The notes below the pieces were generated by a model, which was not told the DNA's origin, made no database searches, and saw nothing but the letters and a program-made list of their open reading frames with translations. A DNA stretch of 64,000 nt, from the IMG/VR virus record IMGVR_UViG_3300027973_000028, positions 64,001 to 128,000 of that record; one strand, 5' to 3'. Shown here one piece after another: positions 1-9,686 of this stretch. The stretch comes from a virus. Position numbers and translations under genes: made by a program. The stretch's first letter is position 1. Each line of letters opens with the position of its first letter.

Positions 1-3000
1 AGAACCACCAACAACTCCAGTTATTGCTGCCGCCGCTGTTCCGCCAGATACCGTGCCATTGTTTCCGTTAATTCCAGCTTGGTTTCTAATTGCATCAGTA
101 AAGGTTGTACTTGAATCAAAACTACCGTGTGTTAGACTTGCAACAACATCTTTTATAAGAGCAGAAGAACCATGCGTATACTGTATCCCACCAAGCATTT
201 GAGGATTTAAATTTTCTGCAAGTCTGTCAAGGGATATATCTCCACCAAGAGTTATCCCAGAATTATCTGCCCTAATAGCATCTAAGAATAATCTTGTGTC
301 ATTTCTTATTGCCTGCATGTTCATCCATGAATCGATCCATGATGTCATAAACCATTTTGCTGGGTCATTTACGGTTACAAGTGCATTGGGGGTTATTGAG
401 GTTACAAAACCAAGTTCAGAAGTAAAGTGATGAATAACTTGCTCTACTTCGAATAAGCCATACATTCGTTCATACACGTCAGCTATGTAAACTATGTCGT
501 GTGGCCTTATATCTGGATTGCCTACAATTAATAATTCTCCACTATATATATCTTTAATATTTTCTTTAAGATGTGAAAGGGCAACTCTTTTAGCCGCTAG
601 CTCATCAGGAGCACCGGTTGCGTTTTTTGATAATCCTCTTCCGGTTTCAAACGGATGCAAAAATGGATGTAAGAATCCAAAGAATCCACTTCCAACAATA
701 TTGTCAAAATATATTCCAGTTTCAACTGTTGATTCCATTTGCCTTTCTGCCGGTGCACCTTTGTCAAGGGCTACTGTAACTGGATATTTTCCATCAGATA
801 CTGCTGTAATAACAGTGGAAACATTTGTTGTTGTTTCCTGAATCTGGTTTGAAAGAATATGGCTAAAGGAACTTAGGTAATGTATTCTTTGAAACGGTTC
901 CCTAATTTCTACTACTGGTTCTCCATACTCTCTTGTGAATGGATTATCAACAGCTCTTAAAAGCGAACCAGATCTACCAAGTTGATAATAAATAGAATCA
1001 TTGAGAGCTCTGTTTAGAATATTTGCTTGTTTTGATAGAGAACCTACTTGAGACAATCCATAACCAGTTTGTAACATATTTAATTTAAACATATTAATCA
1101 TACCAGTCAATGCTGTTCCCATCGCACTAAAGATAGGACCTATGTTTCTATCCCAAAAGTTATCTAATCCACTAGTTGCTCTTGTTACAAAGTTTGAGGC
1201 TGTGCTGCCTTCGCCCTTATTGTTGTATAATAATTGTAAAAATTTCTTTTTATCTTTAGCATAAGTATTGTTTGGATTAATAAACGCTGCAAATATTTTA
1301 TCTATGGCTCTAAAATCCCACTGATCTCTACCCGCAGCAGTACCTAAGCCAGCGCCTATTTTTCTAGATGGCCTAAGCACTAGCCAAGCTCTTGCATATG
1401 GGTCTGCCCACATAGCTTGTCTAAATAAACCAACTACTACAAGAAATAATTGTTGAGGAGTTTTAATTAGCGGATTGTCTTCTGTAGGCTTTTGTCCGCT
1501 TAACTCTTCTAAGACTTCACTATTATCTATTAAAAAGTTTTGTCTAAACGCTTTTATCTTATCTAAGGTCATCAAATTAAAATATTCAATTAGTCCACTT
1601 TCTGATGCTGGTGCATCTATAAAGTTTTTTCTTGCAAATTCTATTGCCGCTGTTCTTGATGCTGCTTCTTCGTTTCCAAATAAAATTGCAAATTCATCGT
1701 TAGCCGTACCACCAGTATCTTTAAACTTTTTAAATATATCTTTTGGTATATTTCCATCAACAAACGCACTCATTATTTCTTGCGAAAAATCATCTTGACT
1801 GTCAGGGTCTAATCCAAAAGTATCAAAAAATATTGTTTTAACAGAACTGTAAGTATGATATCCAAATCTAAATTGATCCCATATATCCTGAGCTATGTCT
1901 AAGTTTCTTCCATCTCCAGCAATAACTGAAACGCTTTGATCATATCCTTCATCGTAATATTTTCTTGCTTCAATTGATATTGAGTCTGCTAAGCTAAAAA
2001 CTTCTTTAAATTGCTTTCTACCGTCAGCGGAGAAAGTTAAGGGGTCACCAGTCTCTGCTGATTCCTTATCTAATATATCATAACCCTTATCTCTACTGGT
2101 TACAGTTGCTATATCTCCATATATATTCTTATAATAATCTGTATAGTTTCCTGAATAGGTAAAAATTGAGTCAGGTGATAATTCAGCTAGAGAATAATAT
2201 TCACCAACACTAGTTCTATATTTTTCATAATCATCCAATCTATCGGGAACAAAACCCTGTATCCCACCACTAAGCCCAGCTCCCTTATAGCCAGCTTTTT
2301 GCGTAGCCTTTAAAATATTGTCTGTTGCCTCAAAGTTGCCAAAACCAATTAGAAAATCTTCAAGTTGCTTATCTGAATCATCTACTAATGTAAATTTTTT
2401 GCCCGGAACAAAGGCACTTGTTGCTACACCTAATGGTATCGTGTTTGGGACAAATGCAAAATAACATTCTCTTGGAATTGGAAGATCACTATATCCCTTA
2501 CCTTTATTGAACAATTTTTTTTGACCATCAGAAAAAATAACATCATCACCAGAAACTATTCCAAGAAAGTATGCTGCGTCTGGAGAAACAACAGCATCTA
2601 TTGTTTTTTCATCTATATCTAAATTATATTCACTGCTACCACTAGATGTCCCTTCTGAAAGAAAATTTGATTTATTTTCTCCCCAAAGAAAGTACGCTGG
2701 TTTGCAAACTACGCCATTATTTGTATCTGGATTATAAACTAATACGTGGGCATTTTTGTAATCTTGTACACTTCCGATTAATTGATTTGTTTCTGAATTA
2801 AAATATTTTTTTGTAAATTTTGATATTTCAGATTCATTTAAATTTGGTTTGTATGGCCATCTCATGGCGATATAAAACTGTTCATCAGCTACACTTCTTG
2901 GCATTCCCCATTCAGAAAAGTCTATTTCTGATGTATTCGTTTTTCGGGGAAGTGGCATTGATATAACAAAAGACTCTGAACCGATTACATCTTCAATCGG

Positions 3001-6000
3001 TATAGTAAAATTATATGAGTTTTGAGCAACATCGGATATTTGTTCTGGAGAAAGTTTTCTTTCGATTACATTTATATTATCAAGAAACAAGTTTGAGGCA
3101 AAGGAGTCTCCGTAGACAGAGGTAACGCTTTCTATATAATTATCGTATACATCCTGATTTGTTTCTGAAGCTATTCCATCATCGTCACCGCTGCCAAAGA
3201 TTTTGCGGAAAGCCCATTTACCAGCTACTAGTGGAGCATTAGTGAACAATTCACCAATCGTAGCAGTTGTGTTTAGTACGTCTTCAGTGATGTCTAATCC
3301 TCTACGAAATTTAGAATATCCATCAATTGAATCGTATTGAAATGCAAAATTTTCCAAACCATAATCACCGCGTACATCAGCTCTGTTTGTAAACATAGGG
3401 AATCTAAATCTTGAAGGAAGCTGAGGAATTTGACTATGCACTAATGATGAGGATATAACTGTAGAAGTTGTTTTATTTTGTCCATTAAAAACAGGATAAA
3501 CCGGAAGGTGGAAACCCATTGTAACTACACCTTTTGTTTTTGGTATTTTTCCTACCGTTTTTCCTGCTGAGTTAATTAAACTTTTTGATTTATTAGAATC
3601 AAAATTAATTACTTGACCCTTTAGTTTTGCTGAAGTTCCATAATATTGTTGTGCGTTTTTTTGCAAAGATGTTAGCTCAGCGATTGTATCTGTTAATTCT
3701 GTATCCCTAAGAAATGCATTTGCGTCTGCGTATGAACTACTGTTTTTATTTATTTCAGTTATTATTTTACTCAACTCAAAATCTGGACTGACTATTTTAG
3801 GACCCATACTTATCCCAAGTTCACCCATTTTTTCATTGCCCGGGTATCCAGTCGTCACTGGTACAACGCCAGAAGTGTATAGCCAGTGAGGCTTGCCGTA
3901 AAATACTGTTGATCTATCTTCAAACGGTCTCACTGCAACTATGTAATTTGGAAGTAGTTTTGCACATGTTTGGAATAGATCCCAAACAGATCTCATATAA
4001 GTTTGAGCCCTAAATGAAACTTCATCAAAACCAGGCATGTCGTCATCTAAAGTTGACGTTAGACCTAACATATTAAATATACTATTGCCTCCCCTTGTGC
4101 CAAGTACTCCAAGAAGACCAGCACCAACACCAACTGTAATACCAATTGGTCCACCAACAACTGCAGCTATACCAATTAAACCGCCCATGGTAATTGCTGA
4201 TCCAGTAGTTGCTGAACCAGTATTATCTCTTATTTTTCCAGCACCAGTTAAGCCCTCAATAGCTGTTTTTGCGTCGGGATTTTCTTCTCCATATTTTTGA
4301 ACAAGTCCATTCCAACTTCTATCGGTTAATCTGGACAAATATTCTATTCTTTCATTTGGTTGAGAAACTGGAGTTATCGAAGATACAGATGTCCAACCGT
4401 CACCCAAGTCTCCACCAAGAAATTGAGCTATTCCTGTTCCGTTTCCTGGGTAAATATTTCTTTTAAATATTTCAAAATCTCTCGATTGCGAAAAGTTTGA
4501 CCATAATTGATTCATCAAAGAAAATACTGGAGTTCTAAACTCATTTGTCCCAACAGCCATATCTAATGCAGCTCTTCCGGATCCAGAAGCATCCCCCGTA
4601 CCAACTGCGTTATAAGCATCTGCTATAGCATCTATTCTTGCTTGATGCTTTCTTTCTTCATCTGTAGTAAGTGGTTCATAAACAATAGAACCAAAATGTC
4701 TTATCCCAAATTTATTTTCAGAAAAAACTAAACCCCTATTAGCGTATGCAATACCCTCTCTAAACCTAGACGCCCCCATGGAAAGAAGTCTCACCATTAG
4801 ATCTCTTGGTTCAGAAAGCCAAAGACCAGTATTTATTCCACCATCTATTTTTCCACTATCGCCTTTTTTGTTGGTAGAGTTTACAACGGCACCAAGTTCT
4901 ATTGCATCTGATTGTGCTGTAACCGTAACTATTTCACCAAGTTCTACCTGGCTGATAACACCATTAAATAAAGTTTGAAGCGAGTTTGGATTTGCTCCAT
5001 AGCCGCCCCTCAGGTGAACTCTAACACCTGGTTTTAATCTTATGTTTTCTATATCAACAACATAATCATTTTGCATATGCGCCAATACATTTCTGGCTTT
5101 ATTTAAAGTGACATCTATTATACTTGAAAGACCATCGGTAAGACCAGGATTATCTTGAGAGTATTCTGAATCTACAGAAAAAAATGAAGATGATTCTTTT
5201 GTTGAAAGTTTTGAATAAAGATTAGATACTCTAAAAACCAATGTATCACCAAGAAGATCTTCAGATTGTATAACCGAAAAATCTATTATTGATTGAAGTC
5301 CATAGAAGTTATCAAACAGTTTAACGCCGGCAAAATATCCACCTTCATCTATCAACCATAGCATATAGGTCGGGAATGCTCTTAACATTCTTCCGGATAC
5401 ATCTCTATACTGAGTGTCAACCAACATTTTCTCCCAGTGAGATTCAACTGTGTCTACTGGTTTTGAACTATTCATTACTTCTGGGCTTGTGCCAGCGCCG
5501 TGTGAATATGGTTGTTGATAATTTGAATAGGCCGTTGAACCAGCTATTGCTGATTTAGTAGCAGAGTACGAGGGGTCAGAATGCTTATCTGATATTCCCC
5601 TAGGTTCTATCTTTGCTCCTTTTTCAGTTTTCTTTACATTCACCCCGTCTAATGTAAGATAAAATCTTCCATCTTTATCAGAGTCAATATATCCCAGATT
5701 GGTACCAAGAGCTGTTTGTATCGAAGCTGGTATCTTGGATGGTTCATCTTTATCTTTTATCGGATAAATATTAATAATATGATGAAATTCTAATTCATCT
5801 GGATCAAAGCTTACTAACTCTTCATCTTTTAGATTATATTTTCCAGCTAAGGTTGCTTTTAACTCTGATAAAAGTTCAGAACTACCAGAACTAATGCTAC
5901 CGACTTGATAAGGAGCGGATGACACCTTGTTCATGAATTCCCCTACAGCTTCATCTTCTGTCTCTGTATATTCTAGGTAATCTGTAATTAAATTTTTCTT

Positions 6001-9000
6001 TAAAAAATTTATTCTACTTCTTTCATTTGAATTATCCATTCCAAAATAATTTGGATCATAAATTACTTTTTCAAAAACAGAAATAAATTGATCAAAATTT
6101 ATATCAGTTTTTTCAATAAAATAAATTACATCGTTTAATACTTGTTTTCTAGCATCTTGAACAAGACCATTTGTTGAATCTGAAGATGGATATGTTCTTA
6201 AGAAGTTAACTATTTCATTTGCTATATGAGAATGCATTTCTTTAGTTATTTTTTGTCCGACGCCATCATTCGGGTTTGGAATATCTAATTCTTTTGGAGC
6301 TGTAGATATATTATTTATAATATCTTTATCAAACATATCAAAGCTTCTAAAGTAGAAGTCTGGATCTAAGTGGCCAACAGTTTCATTCTTATTATTTTTT
6401 ACCTCAAGAGGAAGATCTGGGTATGCGTTGAATAATCCCCACATCTGTTTTATTCTAAGGAATGGATTTCTTTTGGTAGAAAAATGTTCTATTAATTCTC
6501 TTTGTTGATTTGAGTCTAATTTTTCTCTAGCTTGTTGAAACACATCAAAGTCAATCAAACTTATATTTACTTCATATACATGTGGAAAACCTGGAATTGT
6601 ATTAACTGAAAAATTAGATGGCAGAACATATTTAACGCCAGACAACGCAGTGACTATATTTTTTATTCCAATAAAACCAAGAACACCTGTAGAATGCTCT
6701 AATCTTGCAAGTGCGTTAACGTGATCAAATATTCTTTTTAATTTAGTTAATTCTTTTTCTCCAATAATTTTCATTGAAATATTAATAAAAGTATCTTTGC
6801 CACCTATGTGTTGATACGTCGGTTCGTCTTGCATTTGCAATTGCAACTTGGCGATGTTGTTACCGAGTGTCAACGACACGCCAGTAACTATCGCTGCGGC
6901 GGGGTCAAGATCTATTTTCAACATGGGGACTTCCCATTCTCTAAATGTAAATGCTCCCTGCTTTGCCCTCGCTGCTTCAAGTAGTTCTTCTATTGGTGCA
7001 CTTTTAAAGAATTTTTCATAAAGTGTTAAATTAAATCCTTGTTTAATTTGATCTTTAACTCTATTATAAATATTTTTATATGCCGTAGATCCTTGTGCTA
7101 CTGTATTGGGAACTTCTATCCCGGCTTTTCTGGCTTGACTATCTGCTATTGCTTTTGTCTGTTGCTCCAAAAGACCTTTGGATGTTTTAGCAATGTCTTT
7201 TAACAGCTTCTTCATTGTTTGAAGATTGGTATCTTCATATGAAACAGAATTAAATATATAAGTTTTTGTTCCAGCTTGTGCTGGAATATTTGTACTATCA
7301 AAATCTAAGATATAACTTTGCTCTACGCCGTCTAATGAATTTTCTTTAACAAATAATGTTGCAGCATAACTATAAACTTTTTTACGATATTCGTTATCAT
7401 TTAATCCAGCTGTTAAAATATCCATTATTGTCAATAGGTGATATCTTATGTTTGGATTAATTCCAGTGTTCTTGGATAAGCTATATGTACCACTTAAGCT
7501 CAACCCGTATCCAGCTGATTCATTTATGTCTATTCCAAAACCATTTAAAATTTTTCCCCAATAGTCTTGGCCTTGATCGCTAAATAATCTTTCTTCATCA
7601 TTTCTGAATGAAGTAGCGTCAGGTAAAAATATTTTTGTTTGAGTTTCTGCTGGAACATAAAAGCTTATATTTCTTCCATCGTTCCACTCTGATACAATAT
7701 TTGTTTTTAGTATATCATCGTAGTATGCAGCAGCTTTTATGAGCGATGCCCCGTAAGGACTTACTTCGTATGTCCCAGTCCCAACTGTTACTGTTCCAGT
7801 TTTTACATCTGCATCTTCTGTAGATTTTTTTTCATCAGTTGTCTTCATTAAGAAACTTTCATTTACATAACTATGAAGAGCACCCGCTGCCTTTCCCATA
7901 AACTGCCTATATTTACCCCAGTGTATTGCTTGATTAAAATCGTTAATCATAGGCAGTAACGGTTTATGATTAAAATTTAAAAGCTCTACATCAACCGCTA
8001 AAGCAAATGGAAAATTTGGAACTGTTGATATAGATAAGCTCGATAGAGCTACGGCAGTTATTCCATGGACCGTATTAAGGTAGTGGTTTCTGATTGGAAG
8101 AAACGGAGAGTATTTAAATGCAGCCACTAATCCACGAAGCGAAGATAAAAACTTATCTATTTTTTGGTCACTTGCACCATCGGTTTTAAAATCAATTTCA
8201 TAGTTATCTTTAAGAACTATCTTTGAAGCGTCATCTATGCTTATTCCCCAAATTTCTTCATAGTTGGGAAAAAATAATCTCATTTTTATAGAGCTTTCTT
8301 TATAACCAGAATTAAACTTAGGAGTATTTTTTTGCCTTAGTGCTCCGCCTGTTAAGCTGCCAGTTTTAAAAGCCGTATTTACATCTATCGATAGTGGTGG
8401 AACAAAAAAATTCGCCGCACCAATTCGTAAATGGAAAACATCTGGAGAAGTTGGTTGATTATTTTGCCTGTACGGAGAATTGTCTAATACTTTTTTCATT
8501 CTCTTTGCCGTATTTTCAAAATTAAATGCCATTGTAAATACGGCTTCCTTAAATGATTGATTGGAATCATTTAACCCTCGGCCAAAAGCTTTTTCAAGAC
8601 TTGCTATAAAGTCTTTCATATTATTAACGCTGTCGTCAGACTCGCCATTAACCTCACCACCACTTGTTGAGTAGTCGGCGGTTACTGCTATTGCGTCAAA
8701 TAAAAATGTTACAAGACTAGGAAAATAACTATTAATAATGCTAAGAGTAATAGGATCATATGATATGTTTCTAACAACATTGGTGAGTCTTGTTAACCAA
8801 GCTGTATCTCTGGTTGGATTAAGCGCGTCTGCGGCACCCGTTTTTGCAGAAGAGATAGAAGATAGTCTTTGTTTACCAAACTCTGAAATGGGAAATGACC
8901 AAAAAGCTAAATCATACAACCCTGTATCTATAAGTTTTTTAAATAATTTAGATTTAGATTTTCTATCTAAAACTTTAATTCTATCTATATCAGATCCACT

Positions 9001-9216
9001 AAAAACTCTTAATGTAGCGGCTTTGCTTTCTTCATAATTCTGGCCCAAGCCCCCAAGAACACTATACTTAAGCATCTGCTCAAAGTTATTTCTTGTAACA
9101 GCTTGGAATCTGTTATCCAGTTGTGTTAATAATTTATAAAATGTCTCTTCTGCTGCGTCAGGAAATACACTAATATATTGATTTTCTGATTCAGATGCAT
9201 TTTCGTTATTAGACAT
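1..9216 (-). CDS. Giant virion protein (>3072 aa, 3' end outside window), baseplate hub / central tail protein-like
   Basis: ATG at 9216 (MSNNENASESENQYISVF...). The frame is open wherever checked down to position 1, and the ORF track lists no terminated ORF in it. Contains hub-like motifs PGVRVHLRGGYGANPNSLQTLFNGVISQVELGEIVTVTAQSDAIEL and IIVGNPDIRPHDIVYIADVYERMYGLFEVEQVIHHF...GFVTSITP. Lies downstream of the tape-measure-like gene. Confidence 0.75.
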   Translation of the reverse strand, partial: MSNNENASESENQYISVFPDAAEETFYKLLTQLDNRFQAVTRNNFEQMLKYSVLGGLGQNYEESKAATLRVFSGSDIDRIKVLDRKSKSKLFKKLIDTGLYDLAFWSFPISEFGKQRLSSISSAKTGAADALNPTRDTAWLTRLTNVVRNISYDPITLSIINSYFPSLVTFLFDAIAVTADYSTSGGEVNGESDDSVNNMKDFIASLEKAFGRGLNDSNQSFKEAVFTMAFNFENTAKRMKKVLDNSPYRQNNQPTSPDVFHLRIGAANFFVPPLSIDVNTAFKTGSLTGGALRQKNTPKFNSGYKESSIKMRLFFPNYEEIWGISIDDASKIVLKDNYEIDFKTDGASDQKIDKFLSSLRGLVAAFKYSPFLPIRNHYLNTVHGITAVALSSLSISTVPNFPFALAVDVELLNFNHKPLLPMINDFNQAIHWGKYRQFMGKAAGALHSYVNESFLMKTTDEKKSTEDADVKTGTVTVGTGTYEVSPYGASLIKAAAYYDDILKTNIVSEWNDGRNISFYVPAETQTKIFLPDATSFRNDEERLFSDQGQDYWGKILNGFGIDINESAGYGLSLSGTYSLSKNTGINPNIRYHLLTIMDILTAGLNDNEYRKKVYSYAATLFVKENSLDGVEQSYILDFDSTNIPAQAGTKTYIFNSVSYEDTNLQTMKKLLKDIAKTSKGLLEQQTKAIADSQARKAGIEVPNTVAQGSTAYKNIYNRVKDQIKQGFNLTLYEKFFKSAPIEELLEAARAKQGAFTFREWEVPMLKIDLDPAAAIVTGVSLTLGNNIAKLQLQMQDEPTYQHIGGKDTFINISMKIIGEKELTKLKRIFDHVNALARLEHSTGVLGFIGIKNIVTALSGVKYVLPSNFSVNTIPGFPHVYEVNISLIDFDVFQQAREKLDSNQQRELIEHFSTKRNPFLRIKQMWGLFNAYPDLPLEVKNNKNETVGHLDPDFYFRSFDMFDKDIINNISTAPKELDIPNPNDGVGQKITKEMHSHIANEIVNFLRTYPSSDSTNGLVQDARKQVLNDVIYFIEKTDINFDQFISVFEKVIYDPNYFGMDNSNERSRINFLKKNLITDYLEYTETEDEAVGEFMNKVSSAPYQVGSISSGSSELLSELKATLAGKYNLKDEELVSFDPDELEFHHIINIYPIKDKDEPSKIPASIQTALGTNLGYIDSDKDGRFYLTLDGVNVKKTEKGAKIEPRGISDKHSDPSYSATKSAIAGSTAYSNYQQPYSHGAGTSPEVMNSSKPVDTVESHWEKMLVDTQYRDVSGRMLRAFPTYMLWLIDEGGYFAGVKLFDNFYGLQSIIDFSVIQSEDLLGDTLVFRVSNLYSKLSTKESSSFFSVDSEYSQDNPGLTDGLSSIIDVTLNKARNVLAHMQNDYVVDIENIRLKPGVRVHLRGGYGANPNSLQTLFNGVISQVELGEIVTVTAQSDAIELGAVVNSTNKKGDSGKIDGGINTGLWLSEPRDLMVRLLSMGASRFREGIAYANRGLVFSENKFGIRHFGSIVYEPLTTDEERKHQARIDAIADAYNAVGTGDASGSGRAALDMAVGTNEFRTPVFSLMNQLWSNFSQSRDFEIFKRNIYPGNGTGIAQFLGGDLGDGWTSVSSITPVSQPNERIEYLSRLTDRSWNGLVQKYGEENPDAKTAIEGLTGAGKIRDNTGSATTGSAITMGGLIGIAAVVGGPIGITVGVGAGLLGVLGTRGGNSIFNMLGLTSTLDDDMPGFDEVSFRAQTYMRSVWDLFQTCAKLLPNYIVAVRPFEDRSTVFYGKPHWLYTSGVVPVTTGYPGNEKMGELGISMGPKIVSPDFELSKIITEINKNSSSYADANAFLRDTELTDTIAELTSLQKNAQQYYGTSAKLKGQVINFDSNKSKSLINSAGKTVGKIPKTKGVVTMGFHLPVYPVFNGQNKTTSTVISSSLVHSQIPQLPSRFRFPMFTNRADVRGDYGLENFAFQYDSIDGYSKFRRGLDITEDVLNTTATIGELFTNAPLVAGKWAFRKIFGSGDDDGIASETNQDVYDNYIESVTSVYGDSFASNLFLDNINVIERKLSPEQISDVAQNSYNFTIPIEDVIGSESFVISMPLPRKTNTSEIDFSEWGMPRSVADEQFYIAMRWPYKPNLNESEISKFTKKYFNSETNQLIGSVQDYKNAHVLVYNPDTNNGVVCKPAYFLWGENKSNFLSEGTSSGSSEYNLDIDEKTIDAVVSPDAAYFLGIVSGDDVIFSDGQKKLFNKGKGYSDLPIPRECYFAFVPNTIPLGVATSAFVPGKKFTLVDDSDKQLEDFLIGFGNFEATDNILKATQKAGYKGAGLSGGIQGFVPDRLDDYEKYRTSVGEYYSLAELSPDSIFTYSGNYTDYYKNIYGDIATVTSRDKGYDILDKESAETGDPLTFSADGRKQFKEVFSLADSISIEARKYYDEGYDQSVSVIAGDGRNLDIAQDIWDQFRFGYHTYSSVKTIFFDTFGLDPDSQDDFSQEIMSAFVDGNIPKDIFKKFKDTGGTANDEFAILFGNEEAASRTAAIEFARKNFIDAPASESGLIEYFNLMTLDKIKAFRQNFLIDNSEVLEELSGQKPTEDNPLIKTPQQLFLVVVGLFRQAMWADPYARAWLVLRPSRKIGAGLGTAAGRDQWDFRAIDKIFAAFINPNNTYAKDKKKFLQLLYNNKGEGSTASNFVTRATSGLDNFWDRNIGPIFSAMGTALTGMINMFKLNMLQTGYGLSQVGSLSKQANILNRALNDSIYYQLGRSGSLLRAVDNPFTREYGEPVVEIREPFQRIHYLSSFSHILSNQIQETTTNVSTVITAVSDGKYPVTVALDKGAPAERQMESTVETGIYFDNIVGSGFFGFLHPFLHPFETGRGLSKNATGAPDELAAKRVALSHLKENIKDIYSGELLIVGNPDIRPHDIVYIADVYERMYGLFEVEQVIHHFTSELGFVTSITPNALVTVNDPAKWFMTSWIDSWMNMQAIRNDTRLFLDAIRADNSGITLGGDISLDRLAENLNPQMLGGIQYTHGSSALIKDVVASLTHGSFDSSTTFTDAIRNQAGINGNNGTVSGGTAAAAITGVVGGS

Positions 9217-9219
9217 AGT

Positions 9220-9681
9220 TTATATTAAATTATTTCTTTTGTTTATTAAACTTACAATTTGGGAAGAAGATCCTTCCATAGTATTATTTGTTCTATTGTC
9301 AATTATACTTCTAAAATTTCTTTTTGTAAAAGAATTTTGTTTTAAATCTCCAGAGTGAGAGGCAAAGTTTTTATTATATCTGGCTTTTTGGATTGATGGA
9401 TTTAAGTATCCAGTTCCATTCATTTGGATGTGTGTCGAAGATCCCTTGTCTAAGCCCTCCCAGGAGCCCTTGAGAGCGTCAGATTGCCCCATGGTGCCCT
9501 TTGGTGCATATTCGACGCTTTTGGCTCCAGAAACGTCTGAGCCGCTTGATATGTTCTTGCTGGAAGCTATCCTTGCTGCATACTTATTCGAGGTTTGCGT
9601 TCTTGGACTAGTATCTATTCTTTTAGACGCAGCGTCTTTTAAATTTTTATTTTGTTTGTCTGCACCAAAAATCATATACAT
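9220..9681 (-). CDS. Hypothetical basic protein (153 aa) in tail operon
   Basis: ORF track; tightly packed between neighbours in the same orientation. Confidence 0.65.
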   Translation of the reverse strand: MYMIFGADKQNKNLKDAASKRIDTSPRTQTSNKYAARIASSKNISSGSDVSGAKSVEYAPKGTMGQSDALKGSWEGLDKGSSTHIQMNGTGYLNPSIQKARYNKNFASHSGDLKQNSFTKRNFRSIIDNRTNNTMEGSSSQIVSLINKRNNLI

Positions 9682-9686
9682 TAACC

